Numbered from the stretch's first letter, positions 13,441 to 28,292 are shown. The stretch: DNA of 64,000 nt from Octopus sinensis (GCF_006345805.1 NC_042997.1:28396001-28460000); one strand, 5' to 3'. Notes: generated by a model not told the origin, from the letters alone. Numbers and translations are program-made.

Positions 13441-13989
13441 TGTATACTATTATAATTTTGTTTAGTGCCTTTCATCCTTAAGACCGTTGAGAAACCAGGG
13501 AGGACCATTAGATCATTATGTGAGAGTACCCCTTATAAGATCACCTGACGTGACATGTCTGAACAGTGGAATGCACCTCAACCAGCTACACAATATTACA
13601 CCCGCAAGAGATCGATGTACGATTGATCGAGACGATCGTTGTGAGCCATAAAGTTTCTCGTATATTCCATTTCTCTGTCTATCATATGTTATACACCCAA
13701 CGTACACTGAGAAATTCCTGCAACAATTGTGTAAATATCGTGGAGTACATCAGGTAGCCATACGCAGAGAACATGCTTCATCGGCTAACTACTAAGCACA
13801 TACCCAACACTACATTATCGCTAAACCTGCTGTGATGTGTGATATTTTGTGAGTTTGATGTTGCTGCCCTCATCTCTGTTTGTTGCCCCGATATAGGTTC
13901 CTCCTGAACTCTTGACAGGTGGAAACTACAAGTAGATCTTTCAGGCTTTGTGGAAGGATATTGAAGAGCTATTACTCTAAAACGTCTCA

Positions 13990-14620
13990 AACAGTTTTTG
14001 TTACGGGAGAATTACTTGAAGTTGTCGATTTGTTCGTCTAACTTGGAAGCTCTGTTCAAAATGATGGAAATCTTGATACAGAAATACAGCTGCGAATTCA
14101 AAGGGCAGAAAAAGCATTTGGTGGCTTGGAGTCACGCGTTTGGTGCCAGCAACATAAAAATAAGAATACAAAGTTGGAACTTTACAAATAATTTGTTTTA
14201 CCACCCCTGTTGTATTTTTGTGAAACTTGGACTTGTTATGAAAGGCATTTTACATTGCTAGAATAATTCTACCTACAATGCCTTCATCGCATTTACGTAA
14301 ATTTACTCCAAACACAGATCTCCTTGCATCTGCATGCATCATCTCAATTAAAGTTCTGATTCTGAGGAACCAATTGAGATGTTGTGGCCATATTGTTCGA
14401 ATGGTAGATGAACACATGCTGAAACAGCTGTTTTATGGTGAGCTTGCATAGGGGAAACGCTATCAGTGTAAACCTTATAAAAAGGTTTATGGACGGCATA
14501 AGGACTACTTTGAAGTCACTGGGAATGGTTCCAGAAGACATAGAAGCAGCCCTTGCTTCGGATCGAGTTGGATGGCGAACAAATATGTGGAGTGGAGTCT
14601 ATGTAGATGTCTTTTCAGAA
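13990..14620 (+). mobile_element. RTE-clade LINE, 3' coding remnant
   Basis: Frameshifted translation LGSSVQNDGNLDTEIQLRIQRAEKAFGGL, LLYFCETWT, CGHIVRMVDEHMLKQLFYGEL, ALASDRVGWR; typical RTE/BovB post-RT motifs. Confidence 0.85.
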
Positions 14621-15968
14621 CATTTCTTGTTTAAAACACCACATCGGATGCCATGATGTTGCTAAGATGTAGGTTCAGGAACTGGTCAAACTCTGCATAA
14701 GAAGAAGACAGCCGCCATATACTTTTATATATGTGGGCACCTAAATCCGTAATTTATGTTCAGCCGAAAGAACATACTAAAAGTTTCCAATCGACATCGT
14801 CTTTATATTTGGCAAACTTATCCACAGTGAGAAGTTTATTTTGGAGGTCTTAGACTGAAACGATTCCATGTCAACATACAGATTCCATGTCAACATACAG
14901 ATGTTGCACTGTAATATTTCTATTTAGAGAATCATATCAGTACTTCATCTTAAAACTTGACATCTAATATGATTTATTCTTTACCTCCCTCATACTTTCC
15001 ACACCCATTGCGCTTTTCCGAAAAGTATAACCTTTCAAAATTCCAAGCTTCTAATTTTTTACCTAATTATACAAAATCACTTTCCAATACACACAAAAAA
15101 TTGTTTCCTTTTACTCTGATATCTATTGATTTCCATTCTCAGTATCAATCTTTCACCATAACTGCTTACACGCATATATTCTTCTTTCCAACTAATCTAC
15201 ATAGCAACACTTCTGCCAAGATTCCTAACAATACAGAATCATATCCATTTATCTATCTTCGACCTCATCAGTTTTTTTCTGCATCTTTATTAGTTATGTT
15301 GCGGCTATGTCACGAAAAAATTATTGGTTTTACAAATAAATATACATCTCATATATTATAATTCATGCTTTTTCTGCATAAAATATTTATTAAATATCAT
15401 GTCTCTGACTAATGCACTATATACATTTTTGTTTACAAGTTTATTTTTTCTTATTATAATTTATAGAAATCCGTTCCCTTTCCTCTCTCATACTCTTTCA
15501 TATTTTTTCTTTATCCCACATCTTCCCTCCTATATTTTCGCACCACATTCTCCTCTAATCTGCGACATCTTTCGTTTCAAATTCTGTAACATTACCTGCT
15601 TCACTCATCTGCAGATTTCTCCGCCATAAAACCACCTTATTTTTATTTTTATTTTTTACTTCAGTTCATACATATTCCCTACATTCAAGTAACATCTAAA
15701 CTTACAAATTAATTCTAATTATATTTACATTTTCAATAATCTAACAATCCCTTCTTCGTTCGAGACTATCTCATCCACTCATAGAATGACTTACGCATCT
15801 AAACAGTGCGATTAGATACGCCTGCAATTTGAGAACCAATAAGGGAAATACAGAATCACATGTAATGATATATATATATATGCAAGTATGTAAGTATATA
15901 TTGTGTGTGTGCATATGTTTGTGCACACATGTACATACATATGCGTATATGTGTGAGTGTACATATAT

Positions 15969-16019
<51 letters not shown>

Positions 16020-16036
16020 GTGTGTGTGTGTGTATA

Positions 16037-16590
16037 CAGGGTGTGATGGGTAAATTGTTAACATTTATATCTGTAATTCCGTACATGCACATTATTTATT
16101 TTTGTTTTTGTCAACTACAAAGTAGAGTCGGTTCAGTTAAGCAACGTCTGTGAGAAATACAGAACCATAGCACAATACACTCAGATAGAAATTTGGAAAA
16201 GACATGATATACTGCTTGACATTCGCGCCGGAAGCTCCAATACAAATGTTTTAGTGTTTGTGTGTCAATCCCAGGACACGTACAGAGAGTTATAAAAATC
16301 AAGCATCCAGTCAACATCTTGGTGTTTGGAGTGATCACTAGTGTTGGTGACGCTATGCTTCATTCATCTTCTCACACTAACTCAGATTAAACACATAGGC
16401 CTACATCAAGTGCCTGGAAGAAGTAGTGCTTCCCTGATCAAGCGAGTGGCTGCTGGAAGATGTTATGTCTGACAACAGGACTTTGCACCATGCCGCACAT
16501 ACAGGAGAAGCCAGTTGTAGCTGTCAGACAATTCCAGGGACCACATCACCCCTAACACCTGGCTACGTAACACACCAGACTGAAGCCACT
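16037..16590 (+). mobile_element. Internally deleted DD37D transposon remnant
   Basis: TA-CAGGGTGTGATGGGTAAATT left TIR; VFGVITS, *QQDFAPC motifs homologous to 1615-2240 and 16646-17910. Confidence 0.75.
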
Positions 16591-16645
16591 TTGAAAATTA
16601 TATATACAAAGGGAGAGAGAGAGAGAGAGAGAGAGAGCAGATAGA

Positions 16646-17910
16646 CAGCCTGCAATGGGTAAATTGTTACACTTATCTATTTTTAATCTTTTGCATGTGC
16701 ACTGTTTCTTTTTAATTTTATCGCCTACACAGTATAGTTGGGTCATTTGGCCACCCCCTGTGACAAAAGCAAGGCGGTGAGGCAATTTAGTCAGCCAGAA
16801 ATATTTGAAAACGTCATGCTGTACTGCTTGGCATTCGCGATGGGAGCTCCAATACGAACATTTCATATTGTTTGGGTATGAATCTGAAAACAGTGCAGAG
16901 GATTCTGAAAGAGTTAGATGAGACTAATGTTTATCGCGAAGGAACGGCCACATGAAAAACTCAATCTGATCGTTCTGATAAGAAAAGGACTCCTGAATTT
17001 GTTGGTGACATCCAGGCCATAATTGACAATGATATCTCTAAGTTAGGTCTATCTCTAGGGACGTGGGAGTGTATGAGTTCCTTATCAAGGAAATAGTGCT
17101 TGAAGAGATTCGGTATTCCTTATACAAGATGAGAAAATGCCAAATATAATCATAAGCCATCCAGGACATAGGAGAAACCGCGCTACGATGCTTTTGAACA
17201 AACTCAATTATTCCCTCCAACTGAACATGCTTTCGCTTGTCTGCCCTAATCAGATTGTGAACACACAGAACAAACATCGCCTTGCCGTGTCTACAAAACA
17301 TGTACCTACGGTGATAAAAATGAAACAACCAAACATCATGGTATATAGAGTGGTCACCAGTGATGTCGACGTTATACCTTCTTTCATCTTCCCACACGAC
17401 CTCAGACTCAACATGGTGATCAACATAATGTGTCTGGAGGAAGTAGTGCTGCACTGGCAGTTGGAAGACATTATGTCTGGCAACAAGACTCTGTACCATG
17501 CAACACATGCAGGAGCAGACAATCATGGCTGTCAGACAATTTCTGGAATTACATTTCTCCTAACATCTGGCCACCTAACACCCCAGACTGCAACCCCTTT
17601 GATTATCATGTGTGGAGATCAGTTTAGAGAAAGACCAACAAAACATTTTGTAACAGTAAAGATGAACTAAGGGCAAGCATTATGGCAGCCTTCGCCACCT
17701 TAACCAAGGAGGCTGTCCAGAAGATTTGAAGGATATTCCGAAGTCATCTAGAGGCCATGGTAGAAGCCAATTCGAGTTTACTGAATAAATTTATTCTTTC
17801 GTATTTCAAGATATTTTATGTAGTTTTGATAGATATATTTGTTAAAATGCGATGTCAGTGTTATTCTCATTTTTGCGTAATTTAGACGAGAATCTATTTA
17901 TCTCACCCTG
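16646..17910 (+). mobile_element. Near full-length degenerate DD37D (maT-type) transposon
   Basis: VWQQDSVPC...WPPNTPDCNPFDYHVW with 37 residues between the second and third Asp; right TIR TTTATCTCACCCTG-TA at 17897-17912; first catalytic Asp region appears deleted. Confidence 0.85.
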
Positions 17911-17971
17911 TATGCATGTATGTATGTATGTAGAAATATACATATATATATGTTTATATATATATATATAT

Positions 17972-18166
17972 ACTCTTTTACATGTTTCAGCCATAGCACC
18001 GCCTTTAGTCGAGAAAATCAACCCGAGACTTATTCTTTGTAAGCCCAGTACTTATTCTATCGGCCTCTTTTGCCGAACCGTTAAGTGACGGGGACGTAAA
18101 CACACTAGCATCGGTTGTCAAGCAATGCTAGGGGGCAAACACAGACACACAAACACACACACACAT

Positions 18167-18239
<73 letters not shown>

Positions 18240-18403
18240 TACGACAGGCTTCTTTCAATTTCCGTCTACCAAATCCACTCACAAGGCATTGGTCGACCCG
18301 GGACTATAGCAGAAGACACTTGCCCAAGGTGCCACGCAGTGGGACTGAACCCAGTACCATGTGGTTGGTTAGCAAGCTACGTACCACACACCCACTCCTG
18401 CAC
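17972..18403 (-). mobile_element. tRNA-derived SINE, family C, with internal (TA)n
   Basis: Reverse complement of the 40733-41190 type: GGTTCAGTCCC B-box, CCTTGGGCAAGTGTCTTC, internal microsatellite, tail ...GAAACATGTAAAAGAGTA. Confidence 0.9.
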
Positions 18404-18410
18404 CTGTATA

Positions 18411-18452
<42 letters not shown>

Positions 18453-21149
18453 TGATACACATACACATATGTGCAAGGAAACCAGCATAAACTATAAACA
18501 AAGTCCTTGAATCAACGTACACCTATCATAAATCCAATTTGATGTTTTAAATTCTCAGAAATTTGTGTGAAAAGGGCCCACAGGGAAAATACTTTCTCCA
18601 TATCCAGTATCTTTCATACTAAAATTTAACTAGACATATATTTTTTGGAGGAAAATATTTTTGTGTTTCAGAAAAACTAGTGAGTAACTGGAGAAATATA
18701 TGGAATAAACTTCAGGGAACACCAAAATTTAACTTTCCTAAATGAGTTAAATGAAGGATGAATCACTTACAGACGAAAAAACTTTGAGAATGGGTATTTG
18801 AAAATTATCGAAATAGAAATTATTTTACACGTACGACAAAGAAAATCGATGATCGAAAGAAAGAAGAAAAACAAATGCAGTTTTTTTTTGGCAATACTGA
18901 ATGATGCCATTTCTCCAACTCATAGTTTGACTTACAACGGCACCAGAGAATAAAACAAAAACCACTAAACGTTACTCCATGTTATAATACAAATTAGCAG
19001 AAAAGAACTACATGTTACTATGTATTGGAAACCTGAACGAATAAGATGTTACCCTTTTCAAATGTCAAAGAATTGAGTTTTAAACAATAAAAAATATCAA
19101 CGTCAGTGATAACCGCTGGCCATGACGAAAGTAAGATAACTTCTGTACCTTTTTGTATGACCTATAGAAGTGTACTAAAATTGATGTGACTTCTTAGAGA
19201 AAGCCAATATCAAAAAGAAAGTTTTCTAAAATCAGTTATCTCCATTTACATCCCCAAGGTTAGATAGATAAGGGTGGTTTATAGAAAATATAAAGTAAGT
19301 CTCGAACATGCGATTTGTGAACTACGAATGAGAACTTGCTCATTTGGGGTAAGTTTGAGAACATTTAGTAAAGAAAAGTGATGAAAATGCTTTATATTAA
19401 AGCTCAATATCAATAAACCATTTTATTACAGGGTGAGAATAAATTGAAAAAAATCAAGATGCTTGTTAGCGTAAAACGTATACAGAAACACATAGAATAT
19501 AGGTTCTATTAGTGGCTCTGATATGTGAATGGGTCGATGGTTTATTGAAACATAAATGTTGTCATTGACGTCAGATTATTCGCAAAATATGGAGTTTCAA
19601 ATGCAGTGACTGGTAGAAAAGACGATTAGGAAAAGACGATAATGAAGAACTAGATGATATGCAACGTAATCCACATGTTTGTATCATTCATCATGTTTAT
19701 ACCGAAATATTATTTGATGAGGTTTACAAAAAGTATGGTAGTACCAGGATTTTAAGGAACCTTTGTGCTGGCAACTTTGAAATTATTCTACGCCACTCTA
19801 ATTTACAGCAGTATTTAATCCCTATATGCATTTTGTGTGAGTAAATAAAGCCTACTAAATAACCGTTTTTGAAAATTTCATGATAATTTGTCTTTGCTTT
19901 ATATTTCAAGGCTTAATATCAACATTTAGTGTATTAAAAAAGGCAGCGAAAAATGGAATTACAAATTCAGCCTTGCAAAGGCAGCATATTTCTTCGGTGG
20001 AGAGTCTTCTTTTTTATGCAGACTGGTGTTGTGTTGTTAAGCTCTTTATTAATTTTGTATCCAAGACTTAAAATCTATTGTGGTAATTAGAAATAAAAGT
20101 ACAGCATTGATATACTTTAACGGTCACGAGTATGAATTTAACTCTGAATATGTAAATTGAGTTTCAGATCTGTGATACAAAATTCACTGACAAGCAAGGT
20201 CATAATAAGTGCGTGCGCAGTCAAGCAGGCATCAGGAATGTGCAAATCCTTATGTTAAGCTTGTGGCAATAGTCTGCTACATCTTAGGTGCAAATTTACA
20301 TCATTAAGCTAGTCTTTTTGGTGTGAATTATACGAATAACCAGGAGTGTAAATATTGTTTAGTGTTACATGGCCTTATTTATTGTTGTTGTATTTTAAAT
20401 TAAGCCTGAAAAAAATCTGCACAAAGTAAAGGAAAAAGATGAAATACAAAATTCCACTATTGTAAACATCTGGTAGTTAAAACCAATCAATAAAATAATG
20501 AAACAATATGGTATTGAAATTTTAATATGCCGTTCAGTTTTCATGCGAATGTTAGGGGCATTGTCTTCAGCTGAATATCATCTGTAATTAGACACGACGG
20601 TAAAAATATGGCGTTATCTTATTGTGGCAGTGTGGCATAAATTATAATTTTGTATGCAAATATACATTGTTCTGTTCGTTATCAACAATCGAAAGGGACA
20701 CAGATTGTTTCAAAGTATTCTCCTAAATAATAATAGCTATATTACCTCTTACGTGTGTATATATAAATATATATGTCTGTGTGTATGCGTGTGCGTGTGC
20801 GAGTGTATACTCACACGCATTTATACACACATACTCCCACACATATGTACCTGTGCATGTATATTTACATACGTATATACATACGTTTATGCATACATAC
20901 GTACATACAAGCGCACATACATACAAAATTTATAGATACATATATAACATTCGAAGCGACAAGTCGCGTATTTGGCATGGGAAAATATTTATGGAAAATA
21001 CGATGAATACTATCTCCAGCTTTGAAGCCACAATTTGTTAAACAACTGGTTAATCTTCAGATGAATTAACTGAGGGAGACTTTTATTCTCGATCGTAGTG
21101 ATTTTCGACTGAAACTTGAATTTAGTAACCAGAAAGTTACTACAAATAA

Positions 21150-21414
21150 CATGGTTGGACAAAACATCAACACCATCGAGGGACGAAATGAAAACAACAG
21201 CTTAACAGGTAAACGCATTCTTTCTAGCTGTGGTCATAGAAGAAACAGTAACTACAAAACTCACTGCTCTTGCAGTTATGGATTAAATAACGATCTCACT
21301 GTTGGCTATATGAAACGATTGAAATCATATTGGGACGATCTGCATCCAGAATTAAATCATTTTACTGCGAAACAAGTATGCCAACAAATAACATTTGTAG
21401 AACATAAAAAGTAG
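21150..21414 (+). mobile_element. Possible R4/Dong-type LINE N-terminal fragment
   Basis: GYMKRLKSYWDDLHPELNHFTAKQVCQQ resembles the N-terminal GY.KRM...W...HP motif of R4-clade ORFs; recognised from memory only. Confidence 0.45.
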
Positions 21415-21659
21415 GTTAGTAACTAACTTTTACGAAAAATTGAAAATTAATCTTCTTCCCAACTCTATTAACAAAAGCGTGAATGTTATAAGAATACAAC
21501 GTGGTTTCGCAGCTAGTGACATTCCAACAGATTCCATTGTGCCTGCCAGCCAAACTACATTACTGGCTCAAGTAACTGACCACTGTCCCCATACTACAAC
21601 TATAGTAAATAACAGACACAACTGCAACTGGAGCTCCTTCCAAGGAATTTTGAGCAAGG

Positions 21660-22415
21660 ACTTGTGAATGAAGTGAGTTGAGTTGCAGGAGAACTTGTGC
21701 CTCGCTTATTCAAGGAAGATCAAGAGTAGTCACGACGAAAATCGAGACGTGAACTGAGAGTACATTTGGAAATTGATCGAGATCATTATTCAAAGGTCAT
21801 CACAGGTAACGAAAAGTGGTGCTACGCCTACGTCACGGAAACGCAGTAGAAGGCAAACCATTGGAAGCATTCACTGTCACCACACCCCAAGAAAGCACGT
21901 CCAGTGAAGTCCGAAGTCAAGAAGCTGCTGATGTTTCATTGATACGAACGGAATTCTCCATACAGAATTTGTTTCACCTTGTCAAACTGTCAGCCAGATT
22001 TTCACTGGGCAGCTCTGAAGCATTTGCGAGACGTGGTGAGACGAAAACTATCCGACCTCTAGCAAAGTGGAGATTGGTGGGTCCATTACAACAATGCGTT
22101 CCTCACGCACGTCTAGAGTGTATGAGAGCTTTTGACTAAAAATGTCATGACCCCGCTTATCCATCCCCCCTATTCACCTGCGAAAGTTTTTGTTCCCCCG
22201 AATGAAAAAAGTCGTTAAATTATTTTAACGTGTGTAAGACGTGAAGAGAAAACGACGCATGAGTTCCAGGAATTCTTCGAACAGGAGAAAACGCGTCTTG
22301 CTCGATACATTGCTGTAGATGGAGAATAAGTTGAAGGTGATAAAAGCATAAGTATGTAAAACTAAGCGAATGAAATAATATTGTAAAATTCTACTTTCTT
22401 TTGGGTAGATTCTCG
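21660..22415 (+). mobile_element. Mariner transposon, 3' half, degenerate
   Basis: LVPRL, VITGNEKWCY, SPHPKKAR, HPPYSP, FLFPRMKK; right TIR AATTCTACTTTCTTTTGGGTAGATTCTCG; 3' end homologous to 33112-33240 (minus). Confidence 0.85.
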
Positions 22416-22462
22416 AACAGATCGCAGGTTAATTTTTAAACAGCATACGTGGATGTACGTAC

Positions 22463-22510
<48 letters not shown>

Positions 22511-22704
22511 ATAAGCATGTTCACACATACACACACATATATACATGTGTGTGTGTGTGCATGTTTGTGTCTGTATGTGTGCATATATGTGTGTGTGTGT
22601 GTAAAATCTTCCGAATTGAAGCATAGAGGGGGCGGAATAACAAGCATATTATAAAATGTTTCAGAAAAAAATTACGATGAATACGCCGAAGCAAGATTTC
22701 ACAG

Positions 22705-22707
22705 AGA

Positions 22708-22766
<59 letters not shown>

Positions 22767-22820
22767 AGAGAGAGAGAGAGGAAGAGAGAGAGAGAGAGAG
22801 AGAGAGGAAGAGAGAGAGAC
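22705..22820. repeat. (GA)n microsatellite
   Basis: Directly visible. Confidence 0.98.
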
Positions 22821-23067
22821 ATAATTGAAAAACGAGGACAAAGAATCGAAATAAGACTAAAAATATTTATATCAAACGTATATAACAGATGTAAAACGAT
22901 ACTAAATATTATTTGTAACTGATGTATAGATGTAATGAATATAATATATGTTAAAAAATACTTTTACGTGAAATATATATTTCGATGAAAACAGACAATT
23001 ACACGCAGAAGAGCTTAGGCATATTCGTTTGTGTATACTAGAACTCTTTCTCTCTCCCTATCTCTCC

Positions 23068-23103
<36 letters not shown>

Positions 23104-24309
23104 CTCTCACAAACACACAAAACACGCATACGCATATCTATATATCTATGAAAGAGGGTTATGTGTGTGTCTGTGCGTATGTTCCGTTATTCATTCCAAA
23201 ACGGAGTTGCCGATTTTGACGTAAGGGATATCAAGAGATTCAGTAAGCTTTTGGCTGCCAACTAAACTAAATTTTCATTACAAAATTTTAACATTATCAT
23301 TTTCCTTTTAGTCACCCATCGTAAACAACCTTTTATATCACCACCACAATAGCGATGACATCCCATTTTCTATATAAGTGTGTTCGCACATTCGTTATCT
23401 ACGTTAACCGATGACTGAGAAGTGTATATGAGTATGACCGTGTATGCGTCAGTTCGGACAGATACATTTTTGTGACGATTGGCACACGCACACACATCCA
23501 TATATAAACATAGAGAGACACCGGGACAGACATAGGCTTCAGGCGTGTGTTAATATACATGTGTGTGTCTCTTAGCTTATGTATGTAACTTACCCACCCC
23601 GCACCGATATTGAACGTTTACTTGTGGCTTAGTCTTCTAACGAACAACAACGTCCACTTTCAAGTTTTACCATCATGAAGATTTGGCTGATTTAATATCA
23701 CCCAAAATACTCGCAAATATATCTGAAAAAAATATTATTCTGGTTTTTATAACAAATTCGGAAAATGGTGAAGCAGAAATCTACAAGGACTCTTTCAATA
23801 TAATTAAAGGAATGTTATTCCACTCCTAACCAGTTTCAAGATAATGTTTTTTTAAACAATCCTTCTATTCTTCATCACTGTGAGTATCAACGTCGCACAA
23901 CCATTTTACTGCCTTATTCAGTATTTATTTTACAGCCAATAATGTTACACGTTCAAAAACAGCATCATTTTTATACACTTGGTTCAACGTTCATTTCAGA
24001 ATTGTAAAATAAATTATTTTTCTATGAAAAATTGAATTGTCTTCTGAAAGTTATTGGACTTTCATTTTCTTCGCCGTGACATCCATTCAATCATGAATTT
24101 TATAACATTTAGTACATGTTCCAAATAAATGTTGACTTTCTGTACTTTATTCCATTGGTGACGTATACTAACTTTTGCTAAATTGGCAACTTTCCATTTT
24201 TTTTTATAGTATAACTATGCTACAGAAAGTATGTTTTGCACCTATATTGACTACAATAAGTTTCGCTTGAACTTCGTGTGTGTACGTTTTGCTGTTTTCA
24301 ATATTCCTT

Positions 24310-24490
24310 TTGTGGAAGGGTGCCAGTCGATTAGATCGTCAACAGTAAGCAATTGGAACTCAATTTATCGACCCCGAAATGTTGAATGGCAAAGTCAACC
24401 TTGGCGGAATTTGAACTCAGAACGTAAGGACAGACGAAATACCTCAAAGCATTGCGCCCGCCATGCTAACGTTTCTACTAGCTCGCTGCC
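24310..24490 (-). mobile_element. SINE family B
   Basis: Minus strand CAGCGAGCTAGTAGAAACGTTAGC...GAGTTCAAATTCC...CGGGGTCGATAAATTGAGTTCC. Confidence 0.8.
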
Positions 24491-24904
24491 TTGCTGTTTT
24501 CAGTATTATCAATTCTATGAGTGTATGTGTGTGTGTGTGTGTGTATTTTTGCGTTCGTTATGTCCATAGACAACTATAGTAAAGAACATTTTACGCTGGT
24601 TTAATGATCCCACATCTAATGAAGTACCCATCCTTATGGTTGGTGATGCCATTTAAAATCATATTCTCATTCGTGTTCAAGATAACCATCTTAAACGTGT
24701 TTCACAGATTCATCCCTATTATGATGCTCTCCAGTATAATGTTATTCTGTCAAATGGACAAGATGGATATTATTTTAATACTCCTCGGATTAAACCTGTA
24801 AAATGATAGCAAATTACAGACAAAAGGTTGTCGTCAAATGACTTCTATTCTTGCCAACTAATGTTAAGACCAGAACAATCTAATTCTTTCTACTATAGTC
24901 ACAA

Positions 24905-25190
24905 CGCCTGAAATTTCGGCGGAATTTGAACTCAGAACGTAACCGCATACTAAATACTTATTTCTTTATTACTCACAAGGGGCTAAACATAGAAGGGACA
25001 AACAAAGACAGACATAGGTATTAAGTTGATTACATCGACCCCAGTGCGTAACTCGTACTTAATTTATCGACCCCGAAATGATGAAAAGCAAAGTCGACCT
25101 CGGCGGAATTTGAACTCACAACGTAACGACAGACGAAATACGGCTGCGCATTTCGCCCGGCGTGCTAGCGATTCTGCCAGCTCGCCGCCT
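24905..25190 (-). mobile_element. SINE family B, full copy (24957-25190) followed by a short restart
   Basis: Head AGGCGGCGAGCTGGCAGAATCG, B-box GAGTTCAAATTCC, tail AATAAAGAAATAAGTATTT followed by a second GTTACGTTCTGAGTTCAAATTCCGCCGA. Confidence 0.88.
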
Positions 25191-26804
25191 TCCAGGACAA
25201 TCAAATCAATTACACATGGGGAATAAACTTTATTTTCATTTGCATATTTTCCACGTTAGCTCAACAACCAGCTATAGTTACTGCAAATAGACTTCTTTAC
25301 AACCACCAGGTTTCTTTATGAAATGAAAATAGCTTCACCAAAATTATGAATTGTTGAATTACGAGAGAGACGAGAGGTATAAATAATGAAAGTAATATTT
25401 CTCCGAATTAATTCACATGAGTATTATAATAAAGAAAGCTGCTTATTAACTATATACCAAATAAACAATTTTTTAGACTCAACAACTAAAATAACCTCGG
25501 CAACGAGATTGGGCCACATAAATTTGACAACATTTTCGGACAATATTTTGATTTGCTTCTAATGTATCACTTTCGTCCGTTGTTTCACATATGCGTAGAA
25601 ATCTACTCAGACAAATATTTATGAAATTGTTCACATAAATATTGTATTAAAATAAGCCACAACAAAAATTTTTCCATTTTTCTATGTGTTATGAGGAAAT
25701 GCAGCCTCCCTTTCTCTCTCTCTCTCTCTCTCTCTCACACATACACACACAAAAATGTTTGCTTATGTATTTGCTTATGTATTCATGCGCGAAGGTCTGG
25801 AATACGCACTCCCGATGTTTACGGTTAGTGTTACACCGAAAACGGGTGGTGTGAGTATTCTTTACTTCCGCCTATTCATTTACCTGTATATGAAAAATAA
25901 TGTGTGTTTGTGTGTGAGAGAGAGAATGAAAGAGAAAGTGAGGTGACATTTCCGTCCCGTTATTTTTTCCTAAATTTCTTCCGATTCCTATGTTTGCGAT
26001 ACAGAAGATTAGGATTTCACCCACAAAACACGATCTCAATATCATATTTTTTTTTCTTTCTTCACACCAAATTAAATTTTTACTTATTTCAAATTTTTGT
26101 TCTCGGTAATCCATGGAGAAAAACAGAGAGTACGAATCTTTAAGAATTTTACCCAGCACCTAATCACTTTCAAAAAGCTACACACACCCGATGTTTCACT
26201 TTTAGCTTTTAGGAAAGCAGTGAAGTTTCTTCAGATATAATGTCATTTACCTGTTGTTTCTAGCATGTCGGTTCTTCTGGTGGTGGTCTAGTGTTTTTTT
26301 ATGTCTACTCTTTCAGTGGGATTCTACGCATGCGGGAAACATTAGACAAAAGTGACTGATTGGTAGATTTCAGCTTTTTCAACGCTGGTAGGGCATGAGT
26401 GGTTGAGGTGGGGGAAGGGGCATTGAATTTTTCTTTAAGAAAAAACTAAATATCTATATATAAATAAATAAAAGAAATATGTATATATATTTCCCAGATT
26501 AGTAATCTCTGCATTTTTCTCTGTAGATAACAAAATAATAATAATAAGAAAATTTGAAAAGTTACAAATTAAGAAATTGCGGGTGGGATAGAAGGAAAAT
26601 TTTGAAAACGTGATTTCTGGACAAATCACTTATACGTTGAAGCAATACATACTTTCAGGCCCTTCTTATGAAGAGCAAGCACTTTCATGCAAACCTATGC
26701 AAAAATTATACTCTCACCCCTCACTATTAAACAAAAAAATAACTTCCATTATTCCGTTAACTATATATCAGCTTGGCACTTCTAACCATAAGAAAAGAGT
26801 ATAT

Positions 26805-26838
<34 letters not shown>

Positions 26839-26857
26839 ATATCTATATATATATATA

Positions 26858-26906
<49 letters not shown>

Positions 26907-27635
26907 TGTGTGTGTGTGTGTATGTGTGAGTGTATATATATAATATATATATATATATATATTTATATTATATGTATGTGTATATATATGCGTATATATA
27001 TACATATATATATTTATGTGTGTATATATATATGACTATTTGGTTAGCGGAAATAAGTACACCGGATCCGTGACAGTTAAAAATCATTTTTCCTATACTT
27101 CCATACAAAAAGTTCATTTTATCCCTAAAACACAATTTATACACCAAAACTGTATACATATATTTATGTATGCATGAAAGCGGGTGTTCTCCTTTGTGTG
27201 TTTATGTGTTTATGTGTTTGTGTGTATGCGAGTGTATTCTGCCTGCGCGTGCGTATTATTAGGTAGCCTCAGGTTTTGGACATAAGTAGTTGTAAGGTTT
27301 CGTAGAAATACATCTGAACATTAACATTTCTCGTATATTTTTACAAGAGAATATATCACTTACTTGCTTGATTGCAAACCGCTCTTTTAAATCACACTTT
27401 TTTTGTATCTTCATAAATCATTTCGTACGGCATACTACCTAAAACGAGGTAAATATATTTGTCTTCTTTTGCCTATCCTCATATGTATTTCATATATAAA
27501 GATAAAACTGAATGTTTATCTCTATTTTTAAAAAAAATGTGAACAGATAATACAGTTGTTAATGACAACTTTTATGTGGAAGTGTTTGTATGCAATGTAA
27601 TTTTACAATAAATTTACTAGTAACGAGAAATATTA

Positions 27636-27962
27636 TATTTCTTATATGTATGTTGGTACCCACGATAGGAAAATTGATTACATCTGCAACAAGATATACG
27701 ATTTTCTTTCAAATACCGGGATGTAGGAAATGTTTACATATCCTGCAAATAATGGTGTGAAACCTATAGATAATTACAAATTCATTTATTCTTATATATA
27801 TATCAAATATGCTGGGTATCTTTGCAACTTATGGAGTTATATATGTAATATATATATATATTATATATATATATATATGGTGTAAGATTATATACATATA
27901 TATGTATATATATAATATATATATATTATATATATATACATATATATGTATATAATCTTACA

Positions 27963-28007
<45 letters not shown>

Positions 28008-28209
28008 TAACTCCATAAGTTGCAAAGATACCCAGCATATTGATATATATATAAGAATAAATGAATTTGTAATTATCTATTGGTTTTCCACCATTATTTG
28101 CAGGATATGTAAACATTTCCTACATCCCGGTATTTGAAAGAAATCGTATATCTTGTTGCAGATGTAATCAATTTTCCTAACGTGGGTACCAACATACATA
28201 TAAGAAATA
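27636..28209. repeat. ~575-bp near-perfect palindrome centred in an (AT)n tract
   Basis: Unique arms 27636-27847 and 28000-28209 differ at about 6 positions; inner arms TGGTGTAAGATTATATACATAT / ATATGTATATAATCTTACACCA. Confidence 0.95.
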
Positions 28210-28220
28210 TATATACATAT

Positions 28221-28292
<72 letters not shown>

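Noticed and set aside
14950-15800. Strand-biased region suggesting a LINE on the minus strand
   Set aside because: Purine bias only; no convincing protein motif
26235-26352. Possible host exon encoding a signal-peptide-like stretch (VIYLLFLACRFFWWWSSVFLCLLFQWDSTHAG)
   Set aside because: No in-frame ATG, weak donor (GTGACT), no homology recognised; T-rich DNA gives hydrophobic frames by chance. RNA-seq would settle it
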